Assembly (NCBI GenBank): GCA_017472685.1
Contig: JAFUOO010000008.1
Coordinates: 6,154 to 70,153, forward strand
DNA from: Clostridia bacterium
Lineage (GTDB): Bacteria; Bacillota; Clostridia; UMGS1883
Length of the DNA: 64,000 nt
Direction: 5' to 3'
Shown: one piece after another, positions 1-6,220 of the stretch
Position numbering within the stretch: the stretch's first letter is position 1
Layout of the letters: every line of letters begins with the position of its first letter
Notes under the pieces: generated by a model
Seen by the model: the letters and a program-made list of their open reading frames with translations, nothing else
What the model was told of the DNA's origin: nothing
Database searches by the model: none
Position numbers and translations under genes: made by a program

Positions 1-111
1 ATCAACAAAGAGTACGGGGAGCTTTATAAGTTCCCCTTCACTAAAAAATTCCTTAATTGCGGGGAGGAAGATTATGCGCCAAATGCTGTTACGGCTATCA
101 GCACTCGATAG
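1..111 (+). CDS. C-terminal end of an ORF entering from upstream (partial, unknown function)
   Basis: Frame 1 is open from base 1 to TAG at 109-111 (INKEYGELYKFPF...AISTR*). It overlaps the next start codon. No family recognised. Confidence 0.2.
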   Translation: MNKEYGELYKFPFTKKFLNCGEEDYAPNAVTAISTR

Positions 112-385
112 TTTGTTTGAAAATGCCAATGCGCATACAACAGAGAATAAAAGCGAAGTAAGGCATGTTGAGTTGAAGGACTCACAAGTTTTAGAGGAGT
201 TATATATCGGAGTTACAAGGGATAAGTTCAATAACATTTTGAAATATAAAATGTTTGACAATTCCTTTTCCGATGAGATTCTTAGAAGTGACGAAACCAG
301 CAGTGCAGAACTTCCTACAAACTTTGATAGCCAAGATATTGAAGATATTAAAAACCAATATAAACTTACTAAAGAGGCTCGTTAA
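74..385 (+). CDS. hypothetical protein (103 aa)
   Basis: ATG at 74 is preceded by GGGGAGGAAG with a 6-nt spacer. The region is AT-rich. No family recognised. Confidence 0.5.
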   Translation: MRQMLLRLSALDSLFENANAHTTENKSEVRHVELKDSQVLEELYIGVTRDKFNNILKYKMFDNSFSDEILRSDETSSAELPTNFDSQDIEDIKNQYKLTKEAR

Positions 386-432
386 GCACTAAACGTTTAA
401 ATGGGTCTTATTTGCGTAGAAGGGATAAAAGT

Positions 433-2496
433 ATGAGTTATATTGTTTTTGAAGGATATATTTCTAATAACGATCAGTCCTTAGAAATACGAAAATACGG
501 TACGGAAACAATTAATTTAAACACTGAGTGCTTGGATGATAACAGTAAGGTTTTGCTGTTTACAAATGACAGTGATAATTGTTTATTCCAAGATGATAAA
601 GAGAGCATAGCGTTGACAAAGTCAAACTATGCTTTTGTTTCTGTTGATAAAAACTTGCGAGTAAATTTCATAAAAATGTTTCTGGACTCATTAGGTCACG
701 AATTTAATTATTCTGTAGAAAATTTTGCACGCGAGGTTGAGCATGGAAACTATGCTCTGGTCAAGTATTATTTTCATATCGCTGAAATGCTTGAAGCCCA
801 TTTAAGAATATTCTGTTCGAACAACGATATAAACGTGTTATCTTCGGTTGAAGGTGGAGACTTCCTTGTGTTTTCCATTTCCAAAAACGATGAAAACGCA
901 TTAAATATTGCACAGTTTATGTTGAATGCTTTGATAGAAGATACCAGTAGCCAATATACTGCTATGGTTCAAAAAAACAAAGAATGCATTGAAGTGGCTA
1001 GAAGCAACTTATTGAAGCGAGAGTACTGGGTATGTATAAGTAATTATAATTCATATCGTTATAAAGATTTATACAATCAAATTTTGAATACCAAAACAGT
1101 TTCTATATACGAAGATGCTGCTTACACGCTTTTTTATTACATGATCAAACGAAGAGAGCTGGATGTATCAAATCTTCGCTGGATGAGTGCAAGCGGTGAG
1201 TTATACCCCGACCTACCTGAGAGATTAGAGTTTTTTGATATCAAGGACGACGTTTTTTTTAAATTAGCAAATAAATTCATAAAAAATACAGGTTCTGATA
1301 GTTTGCTTCGTTGTTGGTCGTGGATGTATTATTTTTACTTTTATAGTGTCTTTGAAACAGTTTGCCCATACGACAAGAATGACTGGAGATACAAATATTT
1401 CTGGGGTATTTATCCTGTTTTAGAAACAGAAAATGGTGCACCGGTAATAAACTCAGAAGGATATTCTGAAATTTCACCTTATTACAATATTGATTTCTTG
1501 AAGATAAAATCTAACCAGTTTAGAGGTTTTTGGGACCTATATCCCCCACTAATTCATGAGTTTTTTCATTATGTGCCCGCTTATAACCGTAAGGCCAGAA
1601 ATAGATTGATTTTAGTCCTGCTAGGATATTATTTGTTTAAGCCCTTACTTACTATATCCTCATCTAAAGGAAATGTTGATACAAAGAACAAATATAAAAA
1701 AGCTGTTTCAGAGTTCTTAGAAAAGCACCAACAATTTGAACAGTATGTGCATAATGATAATTCTGAAACATTATATTATGATTCAAGGTATTTATATGCA
1801 ATCATTCAAAAACAGCACACTAACATTGATTTTGAGGTTGCATTTGATCAGATTATCAACAATGTATATGGGAACGAGGGATATTTCGGTATTGAGTTGG
1901 CGAAGTCTGCATGTATCAAACGATGGGATAGATATTATATACCGGCTGTACGAGTGTTTTTACGTTTATTTAAAGAGCTTCGTTCGGATTTAGCAATGTG
2001 TACAATATTAAATTTTACGGTTAGTGACTATATTCACTGTATATTAAAAGATAAATATCTTTGTGCACAATTAGTAACAAACGCTGAAAAGCTTACTGCA
2101 ATTTCAAATATTGCAAGAATATCAATGGTTATTAGATTTCTTTCAGGGAATTTTAATACTATTAATAACAGTTGGATTAATGAAATACAGAAAATTGTTG
2201 ATTTATTTACTGAGTTTGATTCCATAAAGAAAGAAAATTTAATTGACTATTTGAAGTATTATGATGATAAGTATTTAAATGGCAAAGAAAATATAAGTTT
2301 TCTTGAGTCTGTGTGCAATGAATTAATAGAAGTATGGGTAGATGAGTTTGAAGGATATTGCAAGAATGTTCCATTACTAAGAAATGCAGAAAAATTGTAT
2401 AAGAGAAATTTGCAACTTTACGGAACGGAAAAAATGCTGTTTCAAATTGAAAATTGTTTGTATTTTAAAGATTGTTATTATTTTGAACAAAATTAG
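433..2496 (+). CDS. hypothetical 687-aa protein with a single HExxH motif
   Basis: ATG 433 follows GAAGGGA with a 7-nt spacer; the track ORF starts at upstream TTG 412. The protein is Asn/Tyr/Phe-rich with no signal peptide. HEFFH is encoded at nt 1555-1569. No family recognised by eye. Confidence 0.6.
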   Translation: MSYIVFEGYISNNDQSLEIRKYGTETINLNTECLDDNSKVLLFTNDSDNCLFQDDKESIALTKSNYAFVSVDKNLRVNFIKMFLDSLGHEFNYSVENFAREVEHGNYALVKYYFHIAEMLEAHLRIFCSNNDINVLSSVEGGDFLVFSISKNDENALNIAQFMLNALIEDTSSQYTAMVQKNKECIEVARSNLLKREYWVCISNYNSYRYKDLYNQILNTKTVSIYEDAAYTLFYYMIKRRELDVSNLRWMSASGELYPDLPERLEFFDIKDDVFFKLANKFIKNTGSDSLLRCWSWMYYFYFYSVFETVCPYDKNDWRYKYFWGIYPVLETENGAPVINSEGYSEISPYYNIDFLKIKSNQFRGFWDLYPPLIHEFFHYVPAYNRKARNRLILVLLGYYLFKPLLTISSSKGNVDTKNKYKKAVSEFLEKHQQFEQYVHNDNSETLYYDSRYLYAIIQKQHTNIDFEVAFDQIINNVYGNEGYFGIELAKSACIKRWDRYYIPAVRVFLRLFKELRSDLAMCTILNFTVSDYIHCILKDKYLCAQLVTNAEKLTAISNIARISMVIRFLSGNFNTINNSWINEIQKIVDLFTEFDSIKKENLIDYLKYYDDKYLNGKENISFLESVCNELIEVWVDEFEGYCKNVPLLRNAEKLYKRNLQLYGTEKMLFQIENCLYFKDCYYFEQN

Positions 2497-2872
2497 TTAC
2501 GGCAGACTTTTTAAAGAATGCACATTAGCTATATATGAAGGACTTTATAATAATTTTTCTGAATTGAATAATAGTGAGAATTATTATAGATTTATTGGTG
2601 TTTACAAGGATTTACTGCAGGATCACGAGTGGAAAATAGTAGGTAATAGACCATTTAAGAATGATGAAGAGGCATGGGCACCACCCAGTGTTGTTGTAGA
2701 CGCGATTACGAAAAAGGGAAGCTTGTATTACAAGGGGCAAATTACACCTTGCACATATGATGAGTGCAAAGATTTAGAAGTGGTGGCTGCGTGGGACAGA
2801 CACCATGTGGTGGATATGTTGATGGGAGATACCAAGTGGGACGATAGTATAAGAAAGCCAATAGATAAATAA
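2384..2872 (+). CDS. Imm26-like immunity-type protein (polymorphic-toxin immunity family, tentative)
   Basis: The segment ISYGRLFKECTLAIYEGLY...HEWKIVGNRPF...GQITPCTYDECKDLEVVAAWDRHHVVDMLMG resembles Imm26-family proteins from memory. ATG 2384 overlaps the upstream ORF by 113 nt and TTG 2483 is an alternative start. Neither start has a good SD. Confidence 0.45.
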   Translation: MQKNCIREICNFTERKKCCFKLKIVCILKIVIILNKISYGRLFKECTLAIYEGLYNNFSELNNSENYYRFIGVYKDLLQDHEWKIVGNRPFKNDEEAWAPPSVVVDAITKKGSLYYKGQITPCTYDECKDLEVVAAWDRHHVVDMLMGDTKWDDSIRKPIDK

Positions 2873-2884
2873 ATACACTAAATT

Positions 2885-2920
2885 AAGCTATGGAATTTAA
2901 AATTCCATAGCTTTTCTTTT
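2885..2920 (+). terminator. rho-independent terminator
   Basis: Palindrome AAGCTATGGAATTT/AAATTCCATAGCTT followed by a T-rich run. Confidence 0.7.
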
Positions 2921-2973
2921 TCTCCATCAAGTTGATGCCATTTGTTTTCTATGTTATTTTTTACTTAGTCTCA

Positions 2974-3020
2974 AACAATAAAGAGCTACAGATATAAGAC
3001 ATCTGTAGCTCTTTATTGTT
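2974..3020. terminator. bidirectional hairpin terminator with a 20-bp perfect stem
   Basis: AACAATAAAGAGCTACAGAT, loop ATAAGAC, ATCTGTAGCTCTTTATTGTT. It lies just 3' of the minus-strand small gene. Confidence 0.7.
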
Positions 3021-3027
3021 TAGTCAA

Positions 3028-3174
3028 TCACACCCTAACAACGTCAAATATCGACACGTTGCAGCCTGCGTACTGCTTTTTGATAAGAAAGCGCACATCT
3101 GAGGATGAATTTGCGGTATACACCTGCTCAAAGCGTTTGCCGTCTATATAGAATACTGCTTTCCAATGTAACAT
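3028..3174 (-). CDS. small hypothetical protein (48 aa)
   Basis: An internal ATG at 3174 is preceded by GAAGGGAGG with a 6-nt spacer (MLHWKAVFYIDGKRFEQVYTANSSSDVRFLIKKQYAGCNVSIFDVVRV). The longer track ORF would run through the divergent promoter at 3249-3277. Confidence 0.45.
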   Translation of the reverse strand: MLHWKAVFYIDGKRFEQVYTANSSSDVRFLIKKQYAGCNVSIFDVVRV

Positions 3175-3248
3175 TTTATCGCCTCCCTTCAATGCTATTT
3201 TAACAATACAGATGGCACATTTTAGGGGCATAAATTGGGGATTTTCCT

Positions 3249-3277
3249 TTGACAAATTATGCACGGTGTGCTATAAT
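3249..3277 (+). promoter_or_regulatory. sigma-A type promoter
   Basis: TTGACA (3249-3254), 17-nt spacer with a TG extension, TATAAT (3272-3277). It lies 30 nt upstream of the HMGL-like gene. Confidence 0.6.
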
Positions 3278-3306
3278 AAGAAAAATTATCCCTTGGAGGT
3301 TTTACT

Positions 3307-4278
3307 ATGAGAAAAGGTAATCTGATGAGCGTCAGAGACGACGTAAAAGTTCTTGACGCTACAATCCGCGACGGTGGCTTATGTAACAATTTTGATTTTT
3401 CTGATGAATTCGTGTACGAGCTTTATAAAACAAATATTAAAGCCGGCGTTGACTATATGGAATTTGGATATAAGGCAAGCTTATCGATGTTTAACGAGGC
3501 TGACTACGGCAAGTGGAAGTTCTGTAAGGAAGAGGATATCCGTGCAATCGTAGGCGAAAACAATTCCGACATGAAGATTGCAGTTATGGCAGATGTTGGC
3601 AGATGCGACTATAAGACAGACTTTTTGCCCAAGAGCGAAAGTGTTATTGACATGGTGCGTGTTGCCTGCTATATACACCAGATTCCTGCGGCAATTGAAA
3701 TGATTGAGCATTTCCACGCTCTGGGCTATGAAACAACATGTAACATTATGGCCATTTCACAGGTTTCTACAGACCAGGTTGTACAGGCGCTGGAAACACT
3801 TAACGAAAGCAATGTAGATGTAATTTATCTTGTTGACAGCTTTGGCTCATTGTATCCTGAAAATGCAGGTGAGCTTGCTAAGCTTTATTATGAAATTGCA
3901 GAAAAGGCAGGTAAGAAGGTTGGCTTCCATGCACACAACAACCAGAATCTTGCTTTTGCAAATACAATTGAAACACTTTCCTACGGCTTCTCCTACCTTG
4001 ATGTAACAGTGCAGGGTATGGGCAGAGGTGCGGGCAACTGTGCCAGCGAGCTTCTTATCGGATTTTTGAAAAATCCCAAGTACAACATTTACCCCATCCT
4101 GGTATTTATCGAAAAGTATATGACACCTCTTAAGGCAGCAGGTGTTAAGTGGGGCTACGATTTGCAGTATATGTTCACAGGTCTTTTAAACCGTCATCCC
4201 CGTGAGGCTATGGCGTTTACCGCACAGGAAAGAAGCGACTACTCTAATTTCTATAAGGAAGTATTGGACCACGAATAA
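3307..4278 (+). CDS. HMGL-like / DRE-TIM metallolyase (pyruvate carboxyltransferase-type aldolase domain protein)
   Basis: N-terminal VKVLDATIRDGG motif, a TIM-barrel aldolase-like sequence, and a GGAGG RBS. Confidence 0.7.
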   Translation: MRKGNLMSVRDDVKVLDATIRDGGLCNNFDFSDEFVYELYKTNIKAGVDYMEFGYKASLSMFNEADYGKWKFCKEEDIRAIVGENNSDMKIAVMADVGRCDYKTDFLPKSESVIDMVRVACYIHQIPAAIEMIEHFHALGYETTCNIMAISQVSTDQVVQALETLNESNVDVIYLVDSFGSLYPENAGELAKLYYEIAEKAGKKVGFHAHNNQNLAFANTIETLSYGFSYLDVTVQGMGRGAGNCASELLIGFLKNPKYNIYPILVFIEKYMTPLKAAGVKWGYDLQYMFTGLLNRHPREAMAFTAQERSDYSNFYKEVLDHE

Positions 4279-4280
4279 TA

Positions 4281-4310
4281 AAAAACCGTTGCATCAGCAA
4301 CGGTTTTTTT
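4281..4310. terminator. bidirectional terminator between convergent genes
   Basis: AAAAAACCGTTGC atca GCAACGGTTTTTTT. Confidence 0.8.
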
Positions 4311-5154
4311 ATTTAAGATATTCTTTTAAGTCAGCTAAAAGCTGTAAGGCTGTTTCGTAGCCCTCGTTATACATTGCCTGAAGCTTGCCAAAGCTTTTGT
4401 CGGTCCTGCCCCAGGACGAGGTGTCATACGGTGCTATCCAAAAAATCTTGCCTTCATTTTCTAACTTAGCGAGCTTTTCGCGGGCACCGTTATAAAGCTG
4501 TGCTCTCTTTTTCAAAAGTGCGGCAACACGGGGGTATTTTCTGTAAACATGAGCGGAGAGTGCGGCGCCCATATCTTTATCCTTTACATAGGACTTTTCG
4601 CGTGTTGTTATGACAATTACCCTGTCGCAGCCTTCGTCAAAGGCTTTGTCAACAGGAATAGGGTCAGCAATGCCGCCGTCAAGATATTTGCTCTTTTCAA
4701 TTTCAACGCTTTGAAAAAGAATTGGCAACGCACAGGAGGCAATGAGTGTTTTCCATGTGCTGTCATAGGCTGGTACGCTCATAAATTCAATACTGCCCGT
4801 TTCAATATTTGTAACGCCTGCGAGGGTAGTAATGCCCGATGCGGCATATGCATCGCTGTCAAAGGGAATGTACTCGTTAGGTACTGTGCCGAAGGCAAAG
4901 TCAAGGTTGTAATATGATCGCATCTTTGGGTTTAAAAGGTGCTTTGCGCCCATGTAGCGCGGGTCAGAAAAATATTTGCTTATTTCCAGCGGTCTGCCTT
5001 TTTGCCCCGAAACATAGCTCATGGCATTGGAAATACCTGCCGAAACACCTACCACCACATCGGCACGGATGCCGTTGTCAAGAAATGCATCCATTACACC
5101 CGAAGAAAATATTGCACGGCTTGCGCCGCCTTCTAAAACCAATCCTAATTTCAT
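4309..5154 (-). CDS. patatin-like phospholipase family protein
   Basis: GGASRAIF oxyanion motif and GVSAG (GxSxG) nucleophile elbow near the N-terminus. A DGG motif lies further downstream. Confidence 0.8.
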   Translation of the reverse strand: MKLGLVLEGGASRAIFSSGVMDAFLDNGIRADVVVGVSAGISNAMSYVSGQKGRPLEISKYFSDPRYMGAKHLLNPKMRSYYNLDFAFGTVPNEYIPFDSDAYAASGITTLAGVTNIETGSIEFMSVPAYDSTWKTLIASCALPILFQSVEIEKSKYLDGGIADPIPVDKAFDEGCDRVIVITTREKSYVKDKDMGAALSAHVYRKYPRVAALLKKRAQLYNGAREKLAKLENEGKIFWIAPYDTSSWGRTDKSFGKLQAMYNEGYETALQLLADLKEYLK

Positions 5155-5210
5155 ATTTAATCACCACTTATTATTTTAATTGTTTTTGGAGATTTTATCA
5201 AGTGTAAGTA

Positions 5211-5299
5211 TTGACAAAAATAATAATTATGGTAAAATATCCATAGGGGTTAGTTTTGACTAACCCAAAAATTGACAAAACAAGTTAGTCAGAACTAAC
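5211..5299 (+). promoter_or_regulatory. promoter plus two palindromic GTTAGT-N4-ACTAAC sites
   Basis: TTGACA (5211-5216), 16-nt spacer, TGgTAAAAT (5230-5238). Palindromes are GGTTAGTTTTGACTAACC (5248-5265) and GTTAGTCAGAACTAAC (5284-5299). A second TTGACAAAA lies at 5272-5280. Confidence 0.5.
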
Positions 5300-5364
5300 A
5301 CAAAAAGAGGGCATACTAAAAGTGCATAACATTTTTGTTTGCGCAAGAAAGGCAGAGTGAGCTT

Positions 5365-5907
5365 ATGGAAAAACTGATTGCATATCACTGCGCTCCTGCT
5401 CTGGCGGGCATAAAGCCGTCGAATATAGTAACATGCTACAAAAACAAAATTGAAAATCTCAATGAAAAAATAGAAAAGCTGAACTGGGAGCTGAACAAAA
5501 AAGACATTTACGTTGAAATTTTGTGCGAATGTGAAAAGAAAGCTCTTGTAATGGTGTACAGAAAAAAGTTTTTGGAGAAAACCTTGTCGGATAAAGATGT
5601 AAGAAGCTTTCTTGTAGGAATGGGCTATCCCGAAGAAGGGAATACTTCAGAATATCTTGAAATACTCAAGAAGCATCTTAAGGGAGAAGAATTTTCTCAT
5701 GAGATTGGCGCATTCCTGGGCTATCCGATGCATGATATTTACGGCTTTATGTATCACAAGGACGAGGGGTGTCTCCTTTGCGGAGAATGGAAGGTTTACG
5801 AAAATGCCGATGCGGCAGAAAGGCTGTTTCACCGATTCGGCACATGTCGCAGAGCGCTTTGCGAAAAGCTGCAGGGCGGTAAAACCCTGGCGCAGGTATT
5901 TTGTTAA
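5365..5907 (+). CDS. DUF3793 family protein
   Basis: CAPALAGIKPSN ... HEIGAFLGYPMHDIYGF ... CLLCGEWKVY are typical of DUF3793. ATG 5365 is preferred over the track TTG at 5335. Confidence 0.7.
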   Translation: MEKLIAYHCAPALAGIKPSNIVTCYKNKIENLNEKIEKLNWELNKKDIYVEILCECEKKALVMVYRKKFLEKTLSDKDVRSFLVGMGYPEEGNTSEYLEILKKHLKGEEFSHEIGAFLGYPMHDIYGFMYHKDEGCLLCGEWKVYENADAAERLFHRFGTCRRALCEKLQGGKTLAQVFC

Positions 5908-6067
5908 AGAAGGGGATGGGCGCAGTGCCTGTCCTTTTTGCTTTAAACCGTAAAGACAAGCGGATTTATAGATGAAAACTAAATATTTCACAAAAATTTT
6001 TGAAAAAATTTGCCGTTTTTTTACTGTGGGATAATTGACTTTTCATAAAAAGTTGAATATAATTAAG

Positions 6068-6165
6068 AAAGAAAAGGGAGTAGCCGGCAATTTTGCACTC
6101 TCGGCGTCAGTACGAAGAAGGTTTTACCTGATTCCGCTCAGAGTTTAAATGGCGAGACTTTTGCA
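6068..6165 (+). promoter_or_regulatory. yybP-ykoY (manganese) riboswitch
   Basis: The 5' AAAAGGGAGUAGCC and 3' GGCGAGACUUUUGC match the conserved ends of the yybP-ykoY motif (AAAGGGGAGUAG ... GCAAGACCUUU). The 3' strand of P1 overlaps the 5' arm of the downstream terminator. Confidence 0.7.
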
Positions 6166-6200
6166 CAAAATATTTTTGCGCAAAAGGGCTCGCCTTTTTT
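6151..6200 (+). terminator. riboswitch expression-platform terminator
   Basis: GGCGAG-CTTTTGC ... GCAAAAG-CTCGCC followed by TTTTTT. It lies 20 nt upstream of the ATPase start. Confidence 0.7.
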
Positions 6201-6220
6201 GCGTTAAAGGAGGTTTTTCC

